A stretch of 62,956 nt of DNA, the filler included, from Babesia bigemina (taxonomy: Eukaryota): the NCBI RefSeq assembly GCF_000981445.1. It is 8 parts of 8 records of this genome, joined end to end, with 100 filler letters (N's around TTAATTAATTAA, not from the genome) between each part and the next. Parts side by side here need not be neighbours in the genome. Positions count along the whole stretch, not along the records: positions 16,106 to 24,558 come from NW_012236965.1; positions 24,659 to 33,249 come from NW_012236966.1; 6 more parts are not named here. The stretch is one strand, 5' to 3'. How positions within the stretch are numbered: the stretch's first letter is position 1; each line of letters opens with the position of its first letter. A model generated the notes under the pieces. The model worked only from the letters and a program-made list of their open reading frames with translations, was not told where the DNA came from and ran no database searches. The position numbers and the translations under genes were made by a program. This document shows, one piece after another, positions 22,801 through 31,846 of this stretch.

Positions 22801-22864
22801 GCAGTCACTGTTGGCTGCAGCGCAAGTCGGAAGGCTTGCCAAGATATCGTATCTACAACCGTGA
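16880..22864 (+). CDS. ves1: VESA1-like antigen, gene 3 (about 1994 aa, tail type B); true start uncertain because the ORF opens at TTG
   Basis: ESIDWLIQVR, YSDLDRLCDAVMGFLSGVL, SPLQSYLSDTLPGHLPH, TM FTYLVLALWSLSLFYLICVMIG, tail GRLAKISYLQP. Confidence 0.8.
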   Translation: MSPFTSLLTESIDWLIQVRYGNGGNNGLGELSQALKTLIEEAISNATNSLQSEKSKLECPVKYKGDESTCQAMDRQIKEAKDAKNSVHPKTQIPITELEKQKQRCQNNHTYYRDGSKQKAYEDIEERQKQLEDLKSKLTKFTEELNKDGNNNILTHLCDGLQTFLGFDSDTKGYTGQGIVYSDLDRLCDAVMGFLSGVLKDVSEKQPYKVGKDILENIVTDFESKLSTGRKGFEVIETVAQRVREYNDTVSERSSEVRKKITDLDDEMTTIQDQIKKTYPTKEEKDAEPLADKIEKSKIEVTEMVEKCKKLAKTFKADLFNLKDKIKDLGHEANEQINKARDNVEREGQRLGRVQKNEKEQYEEMETKITSVLLVVKDKLNQEIRSQVNGLISLLNEKVKNILKECRHICRTLENYLLDLDKWMETAKTFIDNVIEKQVGAIKKEVDEAAKDRKPNHKKNLDTSISELEAGLKQRVTELDTWNKAAGSAVSAAKEKCKTIGDMVETKSAGSDKIHGLAKTMQEKADKLREAAKEVKKEIGQWVKAALTQVKEMDGKLKHDLGKLKEQINQKIGDYVRGYIKEVRSKVKSIEGDTRNPKSGLWGVKQKVKDYAETYKKFYQKNTGMVYQWIEQILESGAVDSYLTHYGTTERQNAKNKVKEKIAEVAETEVDTQPKAEGNVKATLNNIKDFLTNFAERVKIKLAGGEFTKFVDSVRKDTGIVMSEKSHLEAAVKIILRLVATAASKLANEINELALKQDKDSLGQYLDDALDVAGTLEQNLGDAFQSTNDHVGNVTSPALNDNIPKLIIAILNGELPAAKGDKVGEQVTLKNVKGFSQYNAYINQQNLNLTDPRAALTGVDDDTEGTLPAAIGDIERQVTSKLTAGDLASEIDKSTTFQSPFDQITTKLKEIAGLVDSATKTTTKVQGGQDSNDGIQQYLGALDEMRTGGGTVNLTAKGLESHAPVKGLETIKNDIGLLQTKNIENVKHNLNELCAAVRWAANEVNWFMREMKKGQIDEKLAGIRKQIDDLRVKEIQGTITLCTDFLQKATESGQVTIKALEKYVDEQVADAIKTLTTQAKKHYVSTLKTELQNFTARVQGHLTGLTTLIDKDLTIGYKGLMKTVQGVKFIVEHKKEAEFYTSGGTKLFDAIKNAVPPPPEQERPTKEHFKALVDAFEHYFNNIHGYVKEEISRLDKQYKQTLNYQLTHTESKYLEKLYTSRLNAAHTAINNLLDHINTSHRYNHELPALLDSLSSATATLAPESFARTTTPLLDGIGKGVEGFVSELEKAYNNRYDGGSDGIILVDARTTKVTDDGKKCAKVCLNVLSILYTELNTLVKHCQSSSRSEQINKLTNVGKFFLDQGYDVSDDGEQNGELQDDKRMTVFFIYKRLFGYDDNHIYKKDRFNQEIGPLKTLHDCLQTYYQVGHVATSSSKKTPCSIFEMLCWLSGLPCNTVYTELWRDAVSDLFVDPKKQTTEDDISMSFVSDEPLPAYPTSIECDAAQRAVKRLCSRSYDVLIKIVGYGNEHTTYAVDYCDNSLRLSYPSDPSQCLELLLDILRRLLPVFRFLHSQCKLETKHYGWSNCLYGKDILTGKSHCDKHPDDKQTDCLPRSPLQSYLSDTLPGHLPHNLTTMGCKSVCSNCPKGLPGQPCLTPLGFRGFSGSTKQGKELCKVLTKFLDNSNINTLFGLLPKPPSTLPEHFQFALSLANMLKNDGSRTNDVKTAFDKSINEVSIDLHKNSSKLTSALRNVYLNDHSHEGNAHHKANEADLYTLSKTTSCIQPNDMNIHCGPYLSSTCFDTYNYLAEKHSDLYLSWAVYLPWTFYNYLKSLLDAFQQIDCVNFGCTRCHCKPGGHGKEYNCKCNALVTCRGVISTFYSYGFTFGSASQLMHTDSRRYCRNFYNQICNVLKSQHFTKLFEECDNFIWTIREPFTYLVLALWSLSLFYLICVMIGRLDVLHIRSHLRIPSSHKITAQSLLAAAQVGRLAKISYLQP

Positions 22865-23027
22865 TCATCGTCACATTTGTAATTCACAGCAACTCACTTA
22901 GCGAATCACCTACTCACCTAACCGACAAACGTAGTCTAATGTCTCGAATTACTCTAGCGGCAAACTGTGAACTAAATAGCGTTGAAATTAGGTGATGACT
23001 GAACGACCATGCAACGTGCTAACCTAG

Positions 23028-23475
23028 CACTCAGGCAAAGTGCTAACCTAGCACCCAGGCAAAGTGCTGAGCTAGCACCCAGGCAACGTGGTAAGGTAGC
23101 ATCCAGGCAAAGTGGTAAGCTAGCAACCAGGCAAAGTGCTAAGCTAGCAACCAGGCAAAGTGCTAAGCTAGCACACAGGCTAAGTGGTAAGCTAGCAACC
23201 AGGCAGAGTGGTAAGCTAGCAACCAGGCAACGTGCTAAGCTAGCACACAGGCGAAGTGATAAGCTAGCACACAGGCTAAGTGGTAAGCTAGCAACCAGGC
23301 AGAGTGGTAAGCTAGCAACCAGGCAACGTGCTAAGCTAGCACACAGGCGAAGTGATAAGCTAGCACCCAGGCTAAGTGATAACCTAGCACACAGGCAACG
23401 TGGTAAGCTAGGAACCAGGCAAAGTGGTAAGCTAGCACCCGGGCTAAGTGCTAACCTAGCACCCAGGCTAAGTGT
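23028..23475 (+). repeat. 24-bp tandem array D (CAGGCAAAGTGCTAAGCTAGCACC)
   Basis: Period 24; found only after tail-B genes. Confidence 0.95.
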
Positions 23476-23735
23476 TGACCAAGCACCTGACCAAAGTGGT
23501 GACCAAGTTGGTGACCAACGTGTTGACCAAGGTGCTGACCAATGTGCTGACCAGAGTGGTGACCAATGTCATGACCAGAGTGGTGACCAATGTGCTGACC
23601 AACGTGTTGACCAATGCCATGACCAACGTGTTGACCAACATGGTGACCAAGCACCTGACCAAAGTGCTGACCAATGTGCTGACCAAGGTGCTGACCAATG
23701 TGCTGACCAAAGTGCTGACCAAGCACCTGGCCAAG
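23471..23735 (+). repeat. 12-bp array C
   Basis: TGACCAA every 12 nt, in phase with array D. Confidence 0.95.
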
Positions 23736-23740
23736 TTGAT

Positions 23741-23897
23741 GTTACGGCAGCGATGACATGGTTACGGCAGCGATGACATGGTCACGGCGGCGATGACATG
23801 GACACGGCAGCGATGACATGGACACGGCAGCGATGACATGGTTACGGCAGCGATGACATGGACTCGGCAGCGATGACATGGACTCGGCAGCGATGAC
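23741..23897 (+). repeat. 20-bp array B
   Basis: CGGCAGCGATGACATGG units. Confidence 0.95.
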
Positions 23898-23920
23898 AGT
23901 GGTGACCTAAGTGGTGATTA

Positions 23921-24558
23921 TTATCCACTCTACATCGCTCCTTATCCACTCCACATCGCTCCCTAACCCACTCTACATCGCCCCTTAACCCACTCTACAT
24001 CGCCCATTTATCCACTCTACATCGCCCCTTATCCACTCTACATCGCCCCTTTATCCACTCTACATCGCTCCCTTACGCACTCCACATCGCTCCCTTACCC
24101 ACTCTACATCGCCCCTTAACCCACTCCACATCGCTCCTTAACCCACTCTACATCGCTCCTTTATCTACTCTACATCGCTCCCTAATCCACTCTACAACGC
24201 TCCCTAACCCACTCTACATCGCTCCCTAACCCACTCTACATCGCCCCTTAACCCACTCTACATCGCCCCTTAACCCACTCTACATCGCTCCTTAACCCAC
24301 TCTACATCGCCCCTTAACCCACTCTACATCGCCCCTAATCCACTCTCCATCGCTCCCTTATCCACTCTTCATCGCTCCCTAATCCACTCTACATCGCCCC
24401 TTTACCCACTCTACATCGCTCCCTAACCCACTCTACATCGCCCCTTTACCCACTCTACATCGCTCCTTTATCCACTCCACATCGCCCCTTACCCACTCTA
24501 CATCGCCCCCTAACCCACCCTACATCGCCCCTTAACCCACTCTACATCGCCCCTAAAC
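23921..24558 (+). repeat. 22-bp array A downstream of gene 3
   Basis: Period-22 units following the junction GTGGTGACCTAAGTGGTGATTATT. Confidence 0.97.
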
Positions 24559-24658
24559 NNNNNNNNNNNNNNNNNNNNNNNNNNNNNNNNNNNNNNNNNN
24601 NNTTAATTAATTAANNNNNNNNNNNNNNNNNNNNNNNNNNNNNNNNNNNNNNNNNNNN

Positions 24659-25090
24659 CCACTCTACATCGCCCCTTACCCACTCTACATCGCCCCTTTA
24701 TCCACTCTACATCGCCCCTTAACCCACTCTACATCGCCCCTTAACCCACTCTACATCGCTCCTTTATCCACTCTACATCGCCCCTTTACCCATGCTACAT
24801 CGCTCCTTAATCCACTCTACATCGCTCCCTTACCCACTCAACATCGCTCCCTAATCCACTGTACATCGCTCCCTAACCCACTCCACATCGCCCCTTTATC
24901 CACTCTACATCGCCCCTTTACCCACTCCACATCGCCCCTTTACCCACTCTACATCGCTCCTTTACCCACTCTACATCGCTCCCTAACCCACGCTACATCG
25001 CTCCCTTATCCACTCTACATCGCCCCTTAACCCACTCTACATCGCTCCTTAACCCACTCTACATCGCCCCTTTACCCACTCCACATCCCT
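24659..25090 (+). repeat. 22-bp array A upstream of gene 4
   Basis: Period-22 units. Confidence 0.97.
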
Positions 25091-25141
25091 CGAATTACCT
25101 TGTCTTATTAACGCTATGACCTCTTTAAACCATCCTAATAA

Positions 25142-28100
25142 CTTGTTGATAGTGACCATTTTCTCACTGACGATGCTACTATAAGAGCCTTGAATGACAT
25201 TGACTCCAAGCTCATTAGCCTTGGTCACCTGGCTGGCCAACTTGGAGGATTTGTTGGTCAAAGTGACAGTGTTAAGAAAGCCGTTAAGAATGCTATTATC
25301 GCTAAAATTAACAGTACTGAAGAGCTTAAAAATGTTTACTCTTCTCTTGTTACTACCCTTTCTGAGTCTGTCAAGTCTGGTGTCCAGGCTGGTGACACCA
25401 AGAAAATTAGTGAGCTTAATAAGTTAGTTACTGCAGAAATTCAGCGTCTTAATGATCAACTTAGTAAGCCTAATAACCTTAATAATAACTCTCCTTCTTC
25501 CCCCTCTCCCTCTGCTGACCCAGCCAAATTGCAGTCCAAGTTGGAGGCATTGGAGAAAGTGAAGGAGCTTTGTGAATTTTATGAGAATTTCAAGAATCAT
25601 CCAAATGAGCCTAAAAATATCCTTGTTAATTTATGTTCCGGCCTCGAAACCTTCCTCGGCTTCAATCCATCTTCCAAAGGCTACGACGGCTCTGGGATTG
25701 TGTACTCCGACCTTGACAGGCTGTGTGACGGGGTGATGGGATTTTTGAGTGGTGTGCTTGGTGCGGTGAAAAATGATCCAAGCGTTAAGACATACACTTT
25801 AATAACCGAACTTGACTTTAATAAACTTTTAGATAATATGCATAATGGTGTTTTTGGTTTTGGTGTTTGCATAGACCATGTGATGCGTGTACTTCATGAC
25901 TATGTTGCCGAGTTGCATAAGCGTACTGAGGCAGTTATGAAGCCTGTTAATGGCATCAATAGATCGATAGAAGAACACAAACTTTTAATTCAGCAGGAAA
26001 AAGATGTTGAGCTTTTCGACCAGATTGCCGGGTGGACTCAACGCGCTGCGCAGTACATCGACCAAGCCAGGCAATCCAGAAAAGCGTTAAATAATCTCGA
26101 TTCCGATTTATACGGTAAGTTGAAATGTAATGTATCATTGGTGTTGCAGGCGACGGAGACCTTTATGGAAAATTGTTCAAACAGCGACCTCCATGAGATC
26201 CATGTGGCATCATTCAATACAATGTTGAAGGTATCAGGTAAAATTGGCGAGAGGTTTCAAGCAAGCATCAACAGAGTACAATATTATTTAAATGCTAAGA
26301 TTAACGAATTACATAAAAATCTATCTGGTTTTCGTGATACGCAATTCAAAGAATTGTACGACGCTGTAACAGGAGTCTACGTGGCTTTCAAGGATGTGTA
26401 CGGAGACATGGAATCGCTTCTACCGAAGTATGCACGAGAAGTTGTTGGTAAGGTGGAAAGTATCTCCCATTCCTCGGAGCAGTTTAAGCTGTCATTTGAA
26501 AAAACGCAACGTGCGCTGTTGTCGGCGACGCAACAAGTGGCGACGCAACTCGGAAATTTTGAAAATCTGCAACGTGTGGATGGAATAGACGGCAGCCTTA
26601 GAGGCAGAGTGAAATTTTTAAAACACATCGGCGAAAGTGAAAATGCTTTTACTGTCGTTAATGGTTACTTGACGAAGCTGAACGAGGATGTCATGACGCC
26701 TCTGTCGATTGCTATGTATGGGATAGGTGAGGGATTTGGACAGAATGTTCTGTCGAAAACCAATAGTGATGTAGACGACGCCATAAAACACGCTATAGGG
26801 GAGATAAAATTGCTTAAAAGTATTGACAGCAAATTTCCAAATTTTGGCGAGCTTCGAAGTAAATTACAAGAACTTGGTATTGATATGGGTAGTGTTGGCG
26901 ACGACCTTAAGGGCAAATTCACGGATGTCGATGAACTCAATGCAGTGATTCAGAAGCTGGAAGAATCCTCTAAAATGGACAAAGGTGACGCGACAGTAAT
27001 TTTCACAGAAATGGCCACTGTAACTGAGGCCATATCTTCGCATTCTACGGATGTTTTTGTAAAAGTGCTGAATGAAATTAAAAAGCAAGTAACTGAAGAA
27101 ATTAGAGATGTAGCCGGCGCTATTAAGAGCATGGTTACGACTATTCATACCGGTGTAAAATATGATCAAAATGACAAGGAGTATGATTACGGTGGTGGCG
27201 CCATCGGCATAGGCAATTCGGCATCTGGAGTTCTGAAACTGATTAGTGAGTTTATATCCAATATTTACAATCAGGTTACAATGCTTCATAAAAGTGTTGG
27301 AAAAGAGGGTGAAGATGCAGGGAGCAGTAGCGTTTACAGGGATATAAAAAAACTTCACGCGAGCATTGGTATTCTAAGTACAGAAATTGAGAAAGTTGGC
27401 AAACAAGTCACAGAAGTTGAGAAAAAACTGGAAGACTGCATGAAGTCGACGTTTGAATTTATTAACGAGGCTCCTAAATGGGCTGAAAAAATCATGGATG
27501 ATTTACGCCAAGACGTGAATGGAGAAATTGCCAATGGTTTCGAAAACGTTCAGAAAAAGGCTAAGGAGATATATGTAAAGAGGAAGCAATTGGAGCTGAA
27601 CTCCTTGCACTCCATTGTAAACGAACAACATAAACGGATTGAGGAAATACTCGATGAAGATAAACGTAATGGCGTTAAAGGATTAATGAAGCGGATGAAT
27701 GATTACAAGTTGCTCAATGATTTTAAAATTGTCCTCACCCCGTCCTCTAAACATGACCCTACTAAATTCTCCCAACTCGGCGCAAAGTTCCAAGACTACG
27801 TCGACAAAATTCTAGAGTACCTAAAGTACCAAGTCATGACCAAAAGTAAGCCTCCTCAGCCTACCGACCACTCCAGACACGTCGAAGGCATCAGGGAGTC
27901 GTTTGACGTATTGCTCCGATATCTCATGTATACGGGTCATAGTAAATATTTCAATTTTACTCACGAATCCGATGAATTACTGTCCAATCTGATCGATTCC
28001 GTCCATTCCCTAACTCCCCTCACCTCCACCCTCGACCCCCAAGCGCTGCCGGACGCAGGACGGCCCGTGCTCAGGGCGCTGAAGGATGGGATGCTGGGAT

Positions 28101-30403
28101 TCGTGGGAGAGTTGGGGAAGGGGTATGTGAACAGGTATGATGGGCATAAGGATGTTATTGATATGAGTAAATTGGTTGATACAAAAGGTAATTTGACGAA
28201 TAATGGCAGAAATTTGTCGAAGGTGTTTTTGACGATTTTGGAGATGATATTCTACAGACTCGAAAAATTAAGGAGGAGTTGTGTAACAGGTGGTGAATGC
28301 ATAAATAATAAGACGTGTTTAACTGAGTTAGTAAACGGTAATAAAAAGGAGAGTGTCCTCGGCAAATGGCTGCAGTACCATGGTTATAGGGTCTCCTACG
28401 ATGAGGAGACGCAGAACGGTGAGTTGAAGAGAGACATGACGGGGAGAGATATTCATGCCATTCTCGTCAAAAGCGGGAAAGATCGGAAACATCTCTTTGC
28501 ATCTGATAATTCTAGGTTGGACAGCGGTGCTCTTAGGCAGCTTATCGGCCACCTTGGCACGTACTACGATGTATGCCATATTCGTTATATCGAGAAGCCA
28601 AAACAACCGACCACTGTTAAACAGATGCTTCACTGGCTATGTGGATTCTGGCATAATCCGATGCGTGATAAGGTTAGGTTCTCGCTCAAGGAATACTTCC
28701 CCAAACCTAAGGGACGCGAGGAGGAAGATTATTCCACTATTAAGAGCAGCGACATTAGCCTAGATGCAACTACAACGATTACGCCTCACTCACTAGACGA
28801 CAATATCAAACGCCTTTGTGCGTATTCCCATGACACGTTAATCGCAATCCTGGGTCACGGTCAAGAGGAGGGCCGATACGCAGTTGACTTTCGCACAAAC
28901 CCCGACGGTTTGTGGTATCCAATTAACAAATATCAATGTTTCGATATGTTTGTAGATATGTCGTATAAGTTGTATGACCAACTGTACTTCGTATTGGTTC
29001 AGTGCCAGCGCAATTCAGAGGCCAATAGCTGGCGTGACTGCTATTACGGCAGGTACGTGGGCGGTTCGTCATGGACTTGTAATGAGAAGCAATGTGTCAA
29101 CCAAAACTGTCCCCAAATAGCTGACCAAAAGGCTAACCAAAATGCCAACCAAAAGGCTGACCAAACGTGTGGCCAGCACCCTGTATGCGGTGTCAAATCA
29201 CCTTTGCAATCCTTCTTAGAGGACGGACTGCAGGGCTTCCTTCCTCACCATTTTACGAAGGTGGGATGTGGAGTTCAGTGTTCAGTGAGCAATCACAGAG
29301 GAATTCCATGTAAGACACCAATGGGCTTTGGTGATATTGGTAATGCCGCATCGCATACCCAGAAGGGTGAGTATATCATGAAATCGCTTGATGAATTCTG
29401 CGGGAAACCGAGTAGTCCGCTGAGAAACCTCTGCAGCTACTTCATATGCCTTTTACAGAGGACCCCGCAAACGCTGGATGATATGTTCGCATTCTTCAGC
29501 AATTACCTGCGAAACTGGAATGATATAGACCAGCAACGTAGGAAGCATATACAAGGGGCACTGGATAACGCAACCGCCAAGGCGTACTTCGGCGTCAATT
29601 ATGGTGAGCTCAATGTTAATTCCATATTCTATAGCAGTGCTAGCAATAAAAATCATAGCAATGGAGATTTGCTGTGCCTCCTCAATTGCGATAATTATTC
29701 AACGATGACCTGCGGCCGTTTTATGCAGCCTTTCGGGTTCAACACATGGAATATTTTCGCAGCGAAGAACTCAGGCAGATACCTATCGTGGATTGTTTAT
29801 CTCACGGAAACATTCTACAACCTGTTGCAACAACTATACGAAGAATGTTGCAACAATTGCACCAAACCAGGAACCAGGTGCCACGGTAAAGTATGCCCGG
29901 ATGAATGTAAAGTGAAGTCGGCATACAAATCTGAGGACACGAAAACCGCACTAAGCAATCAAAAGCACACTGATGGTTGCAAATCAATAGCGTTATGTCC
30001 ACTCACGCGTCCTACGTTAGCAAGATACGGTTTTGTACTGCAGAGTATATCTAACCTCAGTGGCGAAAATGGCCCCGAAACGAAACGCACGTGTCAGGAT
30101 TTGTGCAACTCCTTACAGATTGTACTTAACAACAAAGAAGCGGACAAACATGTTCTCGCCGAATTTGTATACCGAACTATTCCGAACTTCCTCTGGGCTA
30201 TCAGAAGTAAATTCTTCTGGACCACCGTAGCCCTCTGGTCACTATCACTCTTCTACCTCATCTGCGTGATGGTTGGCAGACTGGATGTGCTCCACATACG
30301 CTCACACCTGAGGATACCGTCGTCGCACAAGATTACAGCGCAGTCATTGCTGGCGGCGACGCAAGTCGGAAGGCTTGCCAAGATATCGTATCTACAACCA
30401 TAA
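25142..30403 (+). CDS. ves1: VESA1-like antigen, gene 4 (about 1750 codons open, tail type B); lacks the SIDWLIQV head and a start ATG
   Basis: Frame opens after TAATAA at 25136-25141 (ORF track start 25190 is TTG); conserved YSDLDRLCDGVMGFLSGVL, SPLQSFLEDGLQGFLPH, TM and GRLAKISYLQP. Confidence 0.75.
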   Translation, partial: LVDSDHFLTDDATIRALNDIDSKLISLGHLAGQLGGFVGQSDSVKKAVKNAIIAKINSTEELKNVYSSLVTTLSESVKSGVQAGDTKKISELNKLVTAEIQRLNDQLSKPNNLNNNSPSSPSPSADPAKLQSKLEALEKVKELCEFYENFKNHPNEPKNILVNLCSGLETFLGFNPSSKGYDGSGIVYSDLDRLCDGVMGFLSGVLGAVKNDPSVKTYTLITELDFNKLLDNMHNGVFGFGVCIDHVMRVLHDYVAELHKRTEAVMKPVNGINRSIEEHKLLIQQEKDVELFDQIAGWTQRAAQYIDQARQSRKALNNLDSDLYGKLKCNVSLVLQATETFMENCSNSDLHEIHVASFNTMLKVSGKIGERFQASINRVQYYLNAKINELHKNLSGFRDTQFKELYDAVTGVYVAFKDVYGDMESLLPKYAREVVGKVESISHSSEQFKLSFEKTQRALLSATQQVATQLGNFENLQRVDGIDGSLRGRVKFLKHIGESENAFTVVNGYLTKLNEDVMTPLSIAMYGIGEGFGQNVLSKTNSDVDDAIKHAIGEIKLLKSIDSKFPNFGELRSKLQELGIDMGSVGDDLKGKFTDVDELNAVIQKLEESSKMDKGDATVIFTEMATVTEAISSHSTDVFVKVLNEIKKQVTEEIRDVAGAIKSMVTTIHTGVKYDQNDKEYDYGGGAIGIGNSASGVLKLISEFISNIYNQVTMLHKSVGKEGEDAGSSSVYRDIKKLHASIGILSTEIEKVGKQVTEVEKKLEDCMKSTFEFINEAPKWAEKIMDDLRQDVNGEIANGFENVQKKAKEIYVKRKQLELNSLHSIVNEQHKRIEEILDEDKRNGVKGLMKRMNDYKLLNDFKIVLTPSSKHDPTKFSQLGAKFQDYVDKILEYLKYQVMTKSKPPQPTDHSRHVEGIRESFDVLLRYLMYTGHSKYFNFTHESDELLSNLIDSVHSLTPLTSTLDPQALPDAGRPVLRALKDGMLGFVGELGKGYVNRYDGHKDVIDMSKLVDTKGNLTNNGRNLSKVFLTILEMIFYRLEKLRRSCVTGGECINNKTCLTELVNGNKKESVLGKWLQYHGYRVSYDEETQNGELKRDMTGRDIHAILVKSGKDRKHLFASDNSRLDSGALRQLIGHLGTYYDVCHIRYIEKPKQPTTVKQMLHWLCGFWHNPMRDKVRFSLKEYFPKPKGREEEDYSTIKSSDISLDATTTITPHSLDDNIKRLCAYSHDTLIAILGHGQEEGRYAVDFRTNPDGLWYPINKYQCFDMFVDMSYKLYDQLYFVLVQCQRNSEANSWRDCYYGRYVGGSSWTCNEKQCVNQNCPQIADQKANQNANQKADQTCGQHPVCGVKSPLQSFLEDGLQGFLPHHFTKVGCGVQCSVSNHRGIPCKTPMGFGDIGNAASHTQKGEYIMKSLDEFCGKPSSPLRNLCSYFICLLQRTPQTLDDMFAFFSNYLRNWNDIDQQRRKHIQGALDNATAKAYFGVNYGELNVNSIFYSSASNKNHSNGDLLCLLNCDNYSTMTCGRFMQPFGFNTWNIFAAKNSGRYLSWIVYLTETFYNLLQQLYEECCNNCTKPGTRCHGKVCPDECKVKSAYKSEDTKTALSNQKHTDGCKSIALCPLTRPTLARYGFVLQSISNLSGENGPETKRTCQDLCNSLQIVLNNKEADKHVLAEFVYRTIPNFLWAIRSKFFWTTVALWSLSLFYLICVMVGRLDVLHIRSHLRIPSSHKITAQSLLAATQVGRLAKISYLQP

Positions 30404-30547
30404 TCGTATTCACATTTGTCATTCACAACTACTCACTTAGCGAATCACCTACTCACCTAACAAACAAACGTAGTCTAATGTCTCGAATTACTCTAGCGGT
30501 AACCTGTGAACTGGATAGCGTTGAAATTAAGTGATGAGTGAAAGACA

Positions 30548-30950
30548 AAGCAACGTGTTAACCTAGCACCCAGGCAAAGTGCTAAGCTGGCACCCAGGCT
30601 AAGTGCTCAGCAAGCACATAGGCAACGTGTTAACCTAGCACTCAGGCAAAGTGGTAACCTAGCACTCAGGCAAAGTGCTAAGCTGGCACCCAGGCAAAGT
30701 GGTGACCTAGCAACCAGGCAAAGTGTTGACCTAGCACACAGGCAAAGTGCTAAGCTAGCACCCAGGCAAAGTGCTAAGCTTGCAACCAGGCAAAGTGCTG
30801 ACCTAGCACTCGGGCAAAGTGCTAAGCTGGCAACCAGGCTAAGTGGTAAGCTAGCAACCAGGCAAAGTGGTAAGCTAGCAACCAGGCAAAGTGGTAAGCT
30901 AGCAACCAGGCAACGTGCTAAGCTGGCACACAGGCAAAGTGCTGAGCTGG
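30548..30950 (+). repeat. 24-bp array D
   Basis: CAGGCAAAGTGCTAAGCT(A/G)GCAC units. Confidence 0.95.
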
Positions 30951-31464
30951 CGGATGAACCGTAATTTGGTGGGTGTTGTAGCACGTTGATTGCCCGGTGC
31001 TTTGAGTTGTGCGTTGACTGTGAGAGGCGTCCGCGTTGCCCATTGAGTCAGTGTCACGTGAGGCTGGGTGATTGGTCGCTAACGTAGGCGGCCGTGAGGG
31101 CCGCGGCGGGTGACCTAAGTCGTGTGTTGCGAGTCACTGGCAGGGTGGCGTAATCCGCGTTGGCCCGGTTAAGTAGTATATATAGGCGTCAATGTAGCGA
31201 TTGTTAATATCACATTTAGGCACGTAGCCGACACGCTCCGCCAGCATGGCGCCGATACCGCGGCTCGTAGCACGGTGCTGCTGCACTGTGGGAGTTGAGC
31301 GCACGGGGTTCGCTGCAATTTTCATGGCGTTGCCAATGGTATATAATTTAGAGTGAGAGTTGGTGCTGATCACATGCGTCGCGTCAGGACAACCGTGGTA
31401 TCCCGGGCAGCGTGGGTGTCAGTGGCCTGGGCTGGGGGGATACAGGGGTGAGGGTGAGTGTTGA

Positions 31465-31846
31465 TGAGGGGACTGGGAGCGGCAGTGGTAGTGTTGCAGT
31501 TGGTGAGTGCGTTGCTAGGTGATTGATATGTTAGCAGGTTGAGGGGAGTGGGAGCGGCAGTGGTAGTGTTGCAGTTGGTGAGTGCGTTGCTTAAGTGATT
31601 GATATGTTCGCAGGCTGAGGGGACTGGTAGCGGCAGTGTTCGTGTTGCAGTTGGTGAGTGCTGCTTGGGTGATTGATATGTTCGCAGGTTGAGGGGACTG
31701 GGCGCGGCAGTGGTACGTGTCGCAGTTGGTGAGTGCTGCTTGAGTGATTGATATGTTTGCAGGCTGAGGGGACTGGGAGCGGCAGTGGTAGTGTTGCAGT
31801 TGGTGAGTGCGTTGCTAGGTGATTGATATGTTTGCAGGCTGAGGGG
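31465..31846 (+). repeat. five tandem 74-76-bp units, each containing a GTGAGT...GCAG 34-36-nt intron-like segment
   Basis: TGAGGGG unit starts at 31465, 31540, 31616, 31690 and 31765, with a partial sixth at 31840. Confidence 0.92.

Noticed and set aside
23009..23776. 255-aa RQSAKLAT/DQ repeat ORF with an ATG start
   Set aside because: Translation of arrays D and C; the ATG is absent from the paralogous site in contig 4 (GACAAAGCAACG) and the frame is not kept there
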